Assembly: GCA_013239625.1 (NCBI GenBank)
Contig: MU054117.1
Coordinates: 4,925,514 to 4,989,513, forward strand
Length of the DNA: 64,000 nt
From: Lama guanicoe
Lineage: Eukaryota
Direction of reading: 5' to 3'
Part shown: one piece after another, positions 12,330 to 24,400 of the stretch
Layout of the letters: every line of letters starts with the position of its first letter
Position numbering within the stretch: the first letter of the stretch is position 1
The notes under the pieces: generated by a model
Seen by the model: only the letters and a program-made list of their open reading frames with translations
What the model was told of the DNA's origin: nothing
Databases searched by the model: none
Made by a program: the position numbers and the translations under genes

Positions 12330-12750
12330 CCGTCTGCCTCCCACCTCTTTCCCTGAAGCCCAGGCCAGCTTGTGGTATCACTGATGCAATCTTTCTCTCG
12401 CCACCCAACAAAAAAGCACGGTGATGCTTTTTCTTGGCACCCCAAGAGAAGCATGGTGGCACTCTGGCCTCTGGCCGGGTTCTGCTCAACTTTTTCCCTT
12501 GACTTTGCCATTTTCACTTTGACACCTTCCCTGAGAGGCAGGGGGTGGGGATCCCAGTCCCAGATGGTGACGCTGGGGGTTGGCCCAGGCCCAGGGCGTG
12601 GAGGAACCTCACTACCAGGTTTCCTGTCTCTCGGTTTAAGCACGTCTCTGCAGAAGTAACAGGCGCCCTCCCCAGTGGGCTCCTGCTCCCAGCCCTCACA
12701 TCAACACACCTGTGCGAGAAGCAGAGGGGAAGAGAGACACAGGCCCAGAG
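12330..12750 (+). promoter_or_regulatory. CD4: CD4 promoter and non-coding exon 1 (~12628-12750)
   Basis: Ets core TTCCTG 12621-12626; exon similar to recalled human CD4 5'UTR (tttaagcacg.ctctgcagaag...gcccagag); donor GTAAGA at 12751. Confidence 0.85.
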
Positions 12751-14399
12751 GTAAGAGGGACAGATTGCTCCGTTCCTTCCCGCTGGTCAGGGAGGGGGAG
12801 GGGACCGTGGCAGCAGATGTGCTGCAGCGTACTGGATTCCTGGGTCTCTGCCCACAGCTCTGGCCACCTTCTCTTGCATTTTGTGAGCAGTGATTTTCCC
12901 ACTGGAAGCTTCCAGAGGCAGGGAACTAGGCCACGCTTCTCCCTTCGTCCCCACTGTGCACAGCTCAGTGCCCAGAGCGGAACGGGCTCCCCAGAGGCTT
13001 GGCAGAAGGTTGACTTGGACTCTGAGGGACGGGTGCTTGGGAGCCCCGGGCTGAGAAAGGCCACAAATCATGGGGAGTGGAGATGAAGACAGAGAGGGGG
13101 AAGAAGGGAAAGAAAAGAGGGAAGAAGGAGTGGGGAAGACATAAAAAGAATAAACAAATATTAAGGAGGGAGGAGTCCTAAACAAAAGACAGGAAAAGAG
13201 AAAACAAAGTAAAAGCAAGAAAAAGGGTGGAGTCTGTTCTAGAGACAATTCTCCCCCAAATCAATCTTCCCAATGACATGGTCAAAAACACCAGAACTCA
13301 TACTTGCAGCGTCTCAAAAGCCAAAGGTTGGATGTCGCTGCCTTTCACTTGCTCCTTATGCGTGTTTTTATGTTTTTCGTCTACTTTTGCAGATTTTTAG
13401 GACTTGTGAACAACAGGTCTAAAGACACTTCCACTTCAGTTAGCTTTAAAATGATGAATGAAATGGGAAAGCTAACATTTCCAGAAAGGGTTGAAACAGC
13501 TTTTACGGATGACCCGCTGGGAAAGTGATAGATAGCCGTATTTTTAGGTCATACGTCGTTAGAAAAATGGGTTCTGAGAAATTGGCTTTAAGTGTCTCAG
13601 CTACTCCGAAAGGGGAACCTAGTGGCGTTAGAAAAGGATTTGCAGGCCCTCCCTGGGCTTGGTGGGTTTGGGGGTGGACGCAGGAGGGGAGATGCTCTGC
13701 AAGTGGGATGCCCTGACCGACGCCAGCCTCTCTGCCCTCAGTCTTGTCCCCTGTCCTGAGACCTCCCTGGCCTCAGCCTTGTTCCCTGGGCGTCCTCTGC
13801 CTCCTCTTCGTAAGTGGATCCTGGGCCAGGGCCTCATCGTACAGTCAAGGCCCTCAAAATAGGAGAGGCCGTGTCCTCACTAACTCGAAGATTTCGCTCT
13901 GGGTGGGAAAGCTCTTCTTGAAAGTCCTGCTCTTGCGGGGCAAACTTTCTGGGGTGCGAGGCTGAGAGTAGAGCCTGATGGGGGAGTCTCCGCACCTCAC
14001 TTCTGACAATTTCTTGCGCTGTGTGGAGTCTGGGCTCGTACAAAATGGCCGCCCTCTTCACCTCAGATGACGGGCTTCCCAGGGGACCGGGTCAGGGGGA
14101 ACTCGAGATGCCTCCCTCTTTCAGTGTGGGGGCACTTGGGTAGAGGAGGTCCACCTGAGATACCAGCTGGCTCTGGGCAGACGCCCCGCAGCACCTGGGC
14201 CTTGATCCTGGCCCTAGTGGTGAGCTGGCAACCAAGGAGCTGGGTAAACCAAGGGCCTGGCACGTTTTAGGCACTTGGTACATGTTTGTTGAATGAATAT
14301 CTTTGATGAAGGTGGGTGCGGAGAGGGGCAGGCGGGGGCCTGGGTTCTTCAGCTCCGAAGTTGAGGTCTGTTCTACATCTTTCGGGGGATCGTGGAAGA

Positions 14400-14760
14400 G
14401 GGAGGGCTCCGGTCCCCCAGCGTGGGTGGCTGAGGCAAAGGAGAGGATGGTGGAGGTTGCAGCCACCGAACCACAAGGGTCCCTTCCAGGGACCACGTCT
14501 CGAGGAAGTTCATGTGAGGCGGGTAGCAGCAGAGGGGGCGCGTGCGGTGGGGGCGCATCCCGCCGCTGGGCTGGAGGGGCTGATGGGGGGCCGTGGGGAG
14601 AAGATAAAAGCGCCTGCGGGACCACAGACTGTCACTGTGGTGGGCTGTGCCCTCTTCCTCACCTCCCCCCACCGCCTGCCGCTCAGCCCAGCCGGGCGGG
14701 GGCAGCTCACACGCTCCGAGGGTGTGCAGTGCTGGGTCAATGCTCTGGTCTCTCCTCACC
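14400..14760. promoter_or_regulatory. CD4 intron-1 silencer (S4) orthologue
   Basis: Runx sites AACCACA 14469-14475, GACCACA 14620-14626, TGTGGT 14636-14641; AGATAA 14602-14607; CpG-rich; about 1.8 kb into intron 1. Confidence 0.75.
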
Positions 14761-16102
14761 CAACGGCTCCGCTCCTGCGTGTGTCTCGCCTCTCAGAATG
14801 TGCTCATCTCTCTCCCTCTGCCCCGACCTTGTTTGCACCGTCCTGGGCTTGGTGTGTGCCTGTACATCGTGTGAAGTGTCTCTGCTGCTTTAATGAGCTG
14901 CTCTGGGTCTCTCCGGGCCTTCCTCTTTCCCTCCCACACTCTCGTCGCCCTCCCTTGGGGCCTCTGTGTGTTCCTCTGAATCTAGCCTTTTCCTTTTGTC
15001 CACCCTGCAACCATCTCCCTGGCATCCGCCCCTGGGCTCCAGGCTGTGCTCTGCAGGCTCCCATTGCGTGGAAGCTCATAGAAGCCTCCATCTCTGCCAG
15101 AGGCCTTGGATGCCGGTTTCCAGGCCAGAAGGGACTAGAGCTCAGTGGCAGCCGAAGAGGGGAGGGAAGCAAGAGGAGAAGAGGCAAGGGGCACCTCCAG
15201 GGAGACCAGGAGAGCCGGGATTGCATCCTGAGGCTCAGAGGAAGACAGACACAGATGCAGGGAGCTGAAAGTGGAGGCATCCACTTGGGGAGGCACAGAA
15301 ACAGGAGTGCACAGATATGAGCAGAGAAACAGGGAGATGGAGGGAGGGAGTAGAGGGGAGCCAGGGCCTCGGGGACCAGCGGGCCTCCCAGCCTCTCTCG
15401 GGGGACTGTGGTGTACAGGATGCTACTGTACTGGGGCAGAGCACCTCTGGGGAGGCTGAGGATGTGGGAATCAAAGGCCAGCTCTCTGGGGCGGCAGCGG
15501 AAGCCCCAGGCACTAAAGCAAACAGCAGCTGGAAACCCATAGCCTCTTCCTCCCAGCCGAGCCCTGGCGTGGGTTGGGGCAGGGCAGGGAGCTGATAGCA
15601 GGGGCGGGTGACCCCAGCATCACAGAGTGGGGAAGAAAAAGTGGCCACCACTTGGGGAGGGGCAAGAATGACCCCTATTTCTATCTATTGCTCGGCCATT
15701 GGAGCTGACTTGGGACCCCAGGGAAGGGCTATCCCACCTGGAGAGTCCCCAGCCTCTGCTCACTGAGGCCACAGTGAATGTAGGATGGGGGCACAGAGGG
15801 AAGCATTCCCAGTGTGAGAGTGCCCTGCCCGCCCCTAAGTGCCTCCGTGGCCCGCGCTGACTTGTAAACAACTTCACCTGTGACGGAACCTCCTTCCTGC
15901 CCTCTTCTCCTCCTAATTCACTGGTTTAAAAAAATTCTGTCAAGCCCCTACCCTGCGTTAGGCCCTGAGTCATTCTTCTTTCATGCAGAGCGAGTGACCG
16001 GAGGGGGCTTTTTTTTTTTAATTTCCCTCAAACATCATTAGGAGGACCAAGCCTCCAGCACCCATCAGAGTCCTGAAGGGGCAGGGCCGACACGGTGACT
16101 CT

Positions 16103-16240
16103 GTTGTTGTTGTATGTTGTTGAGGGGGGAGATAATTAGGTTTATTATTTTTGTTGATTTAAATGGAAGTACTGGGGATTGAACCCAGGACCTGGTGCGT
16201 TCTTAAGCATGCACTCTACCACTGAGCTATACCCTCCCCC
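16103..16240 (-). mobile_element. tRNA-derived SINE (Vic-1-like)
   Basis: gtactggggattgaacccaggacc...ctaccactgagctataccctcccc; imperfect TSD cacggtgactct / catggtgattct. Confidence 0.85.
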
Positions 16241-17234
16241 AACATGGTGATTCTGGAACCCAGCAAGGGTTTGAGCTTCAGGTAGGGAGCCACCTGACGA
16301 GAGTTGTAGTCCACGGTGGACACGGGGAGCAGCGGCGGGGGTGGGGGGTGTATACAGCCAACGCTAGAAAATATGCCCAGAGCTGGAAGAGGATAAGGAA
16401 GAATTCCCTAACCTTTTCCCCCAACCCGGCCCTCCCATCTCTTCTGGGTGTTTCTCAGTGGCCGACCCCAACCAGGTGCTGGAGGGTGAGGGGGCCTGGG
16501 CAATGCAGTGTGTAGGGGTCAGCCTCCTCCTTGCGGGGAGCCGGACAGAGAGGACGGAGAATGCCTGCGGGTGGGGTGGGGGAGGTGGTGAGCACGGACT
16601 GGGATGACTTGGCTTCGTGCAGGCTGGTGTTCATTGTGTCCCAACACGTAACTGACCCATTTTAGTAACAGAATTGATATATCTGAGTACAGAAAAAAGT
16701 CGTCAGTGAGTTTCCCTCTTCCGTTCAATTCAATTTGGTTTAAGTTAACCAAACACATCCTGAGACCCTTCTCTGTGCTCCAGCTGGTGCCACAGCTGGC
16801 ACTGCTGGCTGGACCATCATCTCCAAGAGCTGGTGAAGGAGAGGTGGGAACCCAAATCACTGCAACGTAAGGTAGCGGGTGGGCACGCCCAAGACGGTGT
16901 CCACTGCTGGGGGCTGTGGGAGGCCATAGTGCGATCACTGCTAAGGAGGTCTCCAGGAGAGAGAAAGACCAGGCTTGGGGGTGCAGAAAAGAGGTCTGAA
17001 TGCACAGGCTCTGGGCCAGGTCTGTGCCAACACTGTCCCCAAGGCCGGTGCCGCTCTGAGGTCTGCGAACAGTCTGGGCCTGGAGTTCAAAGATACTTGA
17101 GCCTGCTTCTGTTTGTCTGGTGGCCTTCCTTTAGTCTCTCCTCCCTCCGTGTCATCTGGTCCTGTTATCAGGTCAAGTTTCGTAAAGCTCTACAAAGACC
17201 ACGTCACATCTCTGCTCAAAACATCAGCAGTGTT

Positions 17235-17345
17235 TGGGGAGGGTAGAGCGCGTGCTTAGCATGCAGGAGGTCCTGGGTTCAATCCCTAGTACCTCCTTTA
17301 AATAAATAAACCTAATTACTCCTCCCCACAGCCCCCCCCCCAAAA
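17235..17345 (+). mobile_element. tRNA-derived SINE (Vic-1-like), A-box partly deleted
   Basis: ggtagagcgcgtgcttagcatgcaggaggtcctgggttcaatccctagtacctcc followed by an A-rich tail. Confidence 0.8.
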
Positions 17346-18429
17346 CCCAGCAGAGGCTCAGTCTCCCTCAGAGCCAAGCCCAAACTCTCCTCTCTAGCTC
17401 TGTCAAGATTCAAGGTCAGTCTCCACGTGCCTGCCCCCACCCCTGTCATCCCCAACAACTTCCCTCCCCAGCCCCGCCACTTTGCATCTCACAGTGGGCG
17501 CCGCTAGCTTTCCTTTCCAGCTGGCTCATTGAGCCTGCATCTGACACCCAGAGGTTTTGAAAACGCAGATGGCTGGACCCACCCCATTCCTGATTCAGCA
17601 AGTCTGGGGTGGGCCCGAGGAGTTGCCTTTCTCACAAGTTCTCCAGTGACGTCTGCTGCTGATCTGGGACCACACGCTGAGAGTCACAGCTCCAGCCTAA
17701 TGCTGCCCATTCCTCCAGGTCCCCTCCCCCACAGCCTCACCCACCTTCCAAGATTTGGGGGCCAAGTTCTGCAACAGCGTCTTTCTGCTCTTCCCACCCA
17801 GAGTCCTTATAGGGTCGGTCTGACAGTGAGCAGGGCATCACTCCCGCCTCTTTCTCTGTCTCCCCTCACACCAAATCAGGCCTCATATCCTGGGGATTTT
17901 TACCTCAGAGCTGTCCCTCAAGTCAGCATCTTTGAGTTCCGGCCCTATCATGTCACCCGGATTCTTGCAATCCTGCCCCCTGTGCTTGGCCTCCTCCAGC
18001 TCATCATTCACTCAGCAGTGAGAGAATCCACCTTGCAAATCTACTCCTGTCCTTCTCTCCGTAAAATCTTCTACTGGCTCCCTAGTGCTCAGGGTCAAGG
18101 CTCAGCCTCCCAGCATGGCATTCAAGGGCCTTCATGACCTGGCTTGGCTCCCTGGGCCCAGTCCCCACTCATTTTCCACTTTGTCTGAGAATCTTTTTCT
18201 GATTCCACCAGGCAAAGAACGCACCCTTGGCCGGGGCACCGCAGGTTTGGGGCGAACCGGTGGGTGTCTGTTTAGAGGGCTTCACGTCTAGGCCCCAGCC
18301 TGGCTGTCTGGGTCTCTACGGGGCCGCAGGCCCAGTGAATGCCTGTTAATTGATGATTTGTGTCTCCCCTAGGCCCTGCCCTGTCTGCTGGGGAAGGTGC
18401 AGGTCCCTGCCTGCCTCAGCAAGGCCACA

Positions 18430-21400
18430 ATGGACCTGGGAACCTCTCTTAGGCACCTGTTCCTGGTGCTACAACTGGGTGAGTGCTCAGACTTGGGGCC
18501 TGAGTGCCAGGTGGCCTGGGAGGAGGGGCTGAGTGGAAAATGCAAAGTGGGGGTGGGGTGGAGGCCGGACAGCCACACCTGGAGGCCTGACCCTGTCTTT
18601 TTCCACCTAGCGATGCTCCCAGCCGGCACTCAGGGGAGAACAGTGGTGCTGGGTAAGGCAGGAGACCTAGTGGAACTGCCCTGCCAAGCTCCTGAGAAGA
18701 ACTTGCCCTTCACCTGGAAAAATTCTCAGAACATAATTCTGGGGATGAGGGGCAAGGGCTCCTTCTCGCTCAAAGGTAAGTTGGCTCTGCTCCCTGCTCC
18801 CCGCTCAGGGAGGACAGCACCGGAGAGTGAACACCTCTGGTGTCAGAGCCCAGCACCTCATAGTCTCTGGGATTCCGGAGGGTTCTGACTGGCAGAGACT
18901 CAGGGCCCTCTCCAAGTCCAGAGTTTCCCTCTGCCAACTGCTGGTGGACCGGGAAATGTTGTTTGGTGGTCTATTATAATTTCAATATCTTAATATTCAT
19001 GGACTTGTTTCAATGGATATTAGGAAAGTAATTATCAAAGAAACTTCATGATTTCATGATTAGTGTTGCTACAGGCCCCTGGTAATACTCTGTTGACTTC
19101 CATTAAAAGCTACGGAATGATTTTTCCCTAGCTTTTTTAAAGTGAAAAGCATTAAGATCTCAATACATCTCAGGGACATGCTTTGCAATAAAGGAGATTA
19201 TGTTTTCACGTAAGATTTACCCTCATGCTCGCCTTTAAATACCTCTTCTTTCTTCTGTGTGTGGCCTCTAAAATTCAACACATTTTTGAATAGGAGCATC
19301 ATATGAGTCAAAAGTAGAAAAATGCCAGGGGGGCAGAGTATAGCTCAGGTGGTAGAGCACATGCTTGGCATTCACGAGGTCCTAGGTTCAACCTGCAGTA
19401 CCCCCTCTAAAAATAAAGAAAGAAATAAATCTGATTGCCTCCCCCTGACAGAAAAAAAAAAGCCAATTAAAAAAAAAGTCACCAGCATGAAATGTATTTT
19501 TGTAAATATAGATTTTATTTTATAAGCTTATTAGATATATCATTTTTGCATTTCACCACTTATTTTTAATTAATTAATTAATTATTTAGTAGAGGTACTA
19601 GGAATTGAACCCAGGACCTTGTGTATGCTAAGCATGCACTCTACCACTGAGCTATACCCTCCCACCCCCATTGCTTATTTTTAATATTATATTTTTTAAT
19701 TATGAAAAAGTCAAACATATATAAAAATAGATTATATAATGAACCCCTCCATGTATCCCACTCAGCTTGAACAGTGATCAATTTGTGGACAATTTAGTTT
19801 CACATCTATCTTTGACCCTCCAACCACCTTATTATTGTATAGCAGATACCAAACTTGTCTCATTTAATCTGTAAATATTTCAGAATGTGTCTCTAAAATG
19901 TAGTGACTCTTTAAAAAAATGTATCCACAGTATCATTATCACCTCTTAAAAATTAAAAATAATTTCTTAATGACAATAAACATCCAGTGTTCAAATTTTC
20001 CCAATGGCCTCATAATACTATTTTTAAATTTAGTCTATTGGAATCAAAATCCAGATAAAAATTCATGCATGGTATTTGCTTGATATGCCCCTTAAATTTT
20101 CTTGAATTTATACATTTATTCTCCTTTTTTTCCCCCCTTCTTGCAACAGATTGTTGAAGAAACCAGGCAATTGTTCTGTTAAGCTTTGTGTGTTGTCAGT
20201 AGGAGCTGCTGCACTCCTGTGGTGTCATTTAACATTTCCTCTGTCCCTTGAATCTGCTATAGATTGGTGGTTAGATCTAGAGGCTTGTTCAAGTTCATAT
20301 TCAATTTTTGACAAGGTGGTGTTTTGTGCTACCAATTTCATTACATCAGGAGCCGTGTAGTATCAATCACTCTTTTAGTGCTATTAAGATTAATCAGTGG
20401 TTCAAGCTGAGTTAAGTGATAATTATAGTAACATTATTTTTGTTTGTTTGTTTTTCGGTGAGGAGGTAATTAGATTTATTTATTTATTTTTGGAGGAGGT
20501 ACTGGGGATTGAATCTAAGACTTCCTGCATGCTAAGTGTGCAACATACCACTTGAGCTATATACCCTCCCCACAGTAACATTATTTTTAGTTTTATTTTT
20601 CAACAGTTGCTGCTGTTTCTATCAAGTGATACTGGCTTTCAGCTTATTACAGTGATATAAAGTTTCCTTTTAAAATAAGTTAATTTTTTAAAAAGTGAAT
20701 CCACTTAAAGATGTTATGTAAATAGGACAGGTACATTTGGCCAAAATCATGCATGAGGGGAGGGAATAATTGACGTTTCGGAAATACAGCTCCAGTCCAA
20801 GACGCTGATTTTACTAGTGAGGAAGCTGGGGCCCAGGGAGAGGAAGTTTCTGCCCTGAGCTTTTGTGCCCAGTTAGAGGCAGAGATATGGCTAGATCTTA
20901 GCTGTGGCTATGGTCTTCCGACTTTCAGCCTAGGCTCTGCTGTGGAGTCATCTTCAGTGCAGTGGAAGCTGAACTGGCCACGGTGCATGGGAAGCCATCT
21001 CTGATGAAAATGCATCTCCCCTTCCTGCCTCCATTGGGGGGATAAAATCTCCTCCTTTTCTGGCAGGAGGTTCTTGCTGGGCTCCTGGAGTCATGATTCA
21101 GATACCCATGGTCACCCTTCAGGTCTGGACATGAAGAAAAAGGGGGAGATTGGGCTGGATCTTTATTGAATCAAAGCCATTTCCTAAAATTAACAAAACC
21201 CCCAATTCCTGATCTCTTTCTGATAAAAACACAAAGCAGAAACCAGCACATTAACCAGGCTGACTGCCCTTTACCTGCCTGTGTCTTCCCCTCCTTCAGA
21301 CAGCTGCTTCAAGAGGCCCCTGATCAAACTAACCTGCGTCCGCCCCTGGGGTGGGCTCGGGGTGCCCATTACATAATGTATACCCTTGGGCAGAGCTCAG

Positions 21401-24400
21401 GACAATAATCTCTCAAAGCTTTTTTTTTTTTTTGTCCTAGAATTTTATTCTGCTAAACTGCTTGAAATAAGTGGACTTTCAGCTGGGATTTTATTTTATT
21501 TTTTATTAACTTAAAAGTTAAATTAATTTGCAAAAGTAATACAGGTCCATGGTAAAAATTTTAAATGGTGCTAACGACATACAGTGACAATAAATCTCCC
21601 TCCTACTCCTCATGTTTGTTCTTATAAGGACATTAATCCCTTCACCATCATGCCTCACCTAAATTTAATTACCTCCCAAAGGCTCCCTCTCCAAATATAA
21701 TCGCATTGACTGTTAGGGCTTCAACATATGAGTTTGGAGGGGGACACAGTTCAGTCCATAGTAACATACTTTTCCCTATTCCTCTCACTAAACACAGCTG
21801 AAAACCCTGCACATTGCATGCAGAACTCACTTAAGAAGATTCTGAAAGGTGTTAAGGAGAGGGAAGTCTGGTAGGGACCTCAGGGCCTGAGGAACAGCAC
21901 AGTGGTGAGTTTTCTTTTTGCCTCATATGCCCTAGTCTTGGGGCTGAAGAAGCTGGCAACCTGGAAGCTCCAGTGGGCACATGGGCACAGACAAAAATAA
22001 CTTTCAAAAAAGCCTGCTCCCCTTAGCCAAAGGACCGGGAAAAGGAGCAACCCAGTGAGAAAAACTTCAAGACAATCACAAGTCTACTCCAGCCAAACAG
22101 GGAGGAGAAACTGTGGCCCCACCCCCTCCCATGGGAGCAAAGACTGAATAGTAGCCTAAACTTCCACCCTCCTGAGGCTGTAATGAGGCACCCAACGCCC
22201 CCACTGAGATGGGATCAGAGGATGCAAGGTTGAGAGCAGGGCCATTCATCCCCACCAGCCAGTGACAAGGCTCCTCAACCCCTGCAATGTCAGTGGAGAC
22301 CATAGGAGGGAACTGGCCTGCCGCCCCCATCATGCAGTCAGGAGGCAGCCCTCCTTGCTGGGGTGGTGTCAGAGGGTCTAGCGAAGAGTTAGGACTTTCA
22401 CCATCACCCAGTGATAACCAGGCCACCTCCACCTCAGGGTCCATGGAGACCATGTGGGGAGCTGGAACTTCCACCTCTGAGTTATGAGGAGCATCCCCTT
22501 CTAGCACAATGGAGGATGAGAGGGGAACCCAGATTTATTCCTCTTCCCTTGTCAGAGTGGTGTCCAAGAGAGCCAGTTAAAATAGAAGGTTTAAATAAGA
22601 TCCAGAATCTCATAACACTCAAATGTTCAGATTCCCACTGAAAATCACTTGTGATATTAAGAACCAGAAACATCTCAAACTGGATGAAGAAAAGAATCAA
22701 CAGATGCCACACTGAGATGAAAAAGAGATTAGAATTATCTGACAAAGATTTCAAAGCAGTCATGATTAAAAAAAAATCCTTCAGCAAGCAATTACAAACA
22801 TGCTTGAAACAAATGAAAAACAGAAAGACTCAGCAAAAAATAAATAGAGGATATAATTGAAAAAATGGAAATTTTAGAACTGAAAAATATTTATGTAGGA
22901 AATCTTAAGGAATCTACTTTTAAAAATTTCTTAGAACTAATAAGTGAGTTCAGTAAGGTTACAGAATATAAGATAAACATACAAAAATCTAATGTAATTC
23001 TATCTACTAGCAATGAACATGTATACACAGAAATTTAAAATACAATGCCATTTACAATTGCTCAAAAATACTTAAGTATATATTATAAATATGCACAAGA
23101 TTTGTGTTCTTAAAACTACACAGTGTTGATGAAAGAAATCAGAGATCCATATAAATGGAGAGACATGCTATGTTCATAAATTGGAAGACTCTACACAGTC
23201 AAGATACCAATTCTTCCCAAACTGATATACAGGTTGAACACAATTCCTATCAAAATTCTATCAAGATAAACAAACAAACAAACAAACAAACAAAATTCCA
23301 GCAAGATTTTTTTGAAGATACAGATAAGGTTTTTCTAAAATTTATATTGAAAGCAAAAGGAACTCAAAGAGCTAAAACAATTTTGAAAAAGAAGAATAAA
23401 GTAGGAGAAGTCAGTCTATCTGCTTTCAAGACTTATTATACAGATAGAGTAATCAACACTGTCATATTGGCAGAGGGAAAGACACATAGATCAGTGGAGC
23501 AAAATAGAAAACCCAGAAATAGATCCTCAGAAATATGCCTAACTGATTCTTTTTTGCAAGGGTGCGAAAGCAATTTAATGGGGGAAAGATAGCCTTTTCA
23601 ATAAATGGTACTGGAGTAATTGGACATCCATAGGTAAAAAGCAAAATCAACAACAACAAACCTTTGACCTAAGTCTCAAACCTTACTTTATTTTACTTTT
23701 TATTTTTGGTACTGGGAAGTAATTAGGTTTATTTAATTTTGGAGGAGGTACTGGGGATTGAACCCAGGACCTTATATATGCTAAGCATGTGCTCTACCAC
23801 TTGAGCTATACCCTCCCCAGAACTTATTTTAAAATTAACTTGAAATGGACTATAAACTTAAATGTAAAATGTAAAATTACAACACAGAGGAGAAAATCTT
23901 CAGGATCTAGACTAAGCAAAGAGTTCTTAGACTTGACACCAAAACCATGATCCATAAAAGAGAAAATGGACAAGTTGGTCTTGCTCAAAATTGAAAACTT
24001 TGCTCTGTAAGAGACTTTATTAAGAAGAGGAAAAGACAATTTATAAAATGTGAGAAAATATATTCATACTACATATCCTATAAAGGACTAGTATCCAGAG
24101 TATGTAAACAACTCTCAAAACTCAATACCCCAAAACCAAACAATCCAATTAGGAAATAGACAGAAGACGTGAACAGACATTTCACCAAAGAGGACATAGA
24201 GATGGCAAATAAGCACATGAAAATGTGTTCAACATCATTAGTTGTCAGGGAAATGCAAATTAAAACCACAATGAGGTATCACTACACACATATCAGGATG
24301 GCCAAAATGAAAAACAGGGACAACATCAAATGCTGGTGAGGATGCAGAGAAACTGGTTCACTCTTACATTGTTGGTGGGAGTGTGAAATGGTACAGCTGG

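Noticed and set aside
13075..13230. Purine-rich tract in CD4 intron 1 (possible triplex)
   Set aside because: No clear mirror symmetry; ordinary low-complexity sequence.
14303..15320. Long ORFs (196-334 aa) in CD4 intron 1
   Set aside because: They overlap the GC-rich silencer, with no recognisable domain or exon structure.
23155..23592. 145-aa ORF in CD4 intron 3
   Set aside because: Frameshifted remnant of L1 ORF2 in a decayed element.
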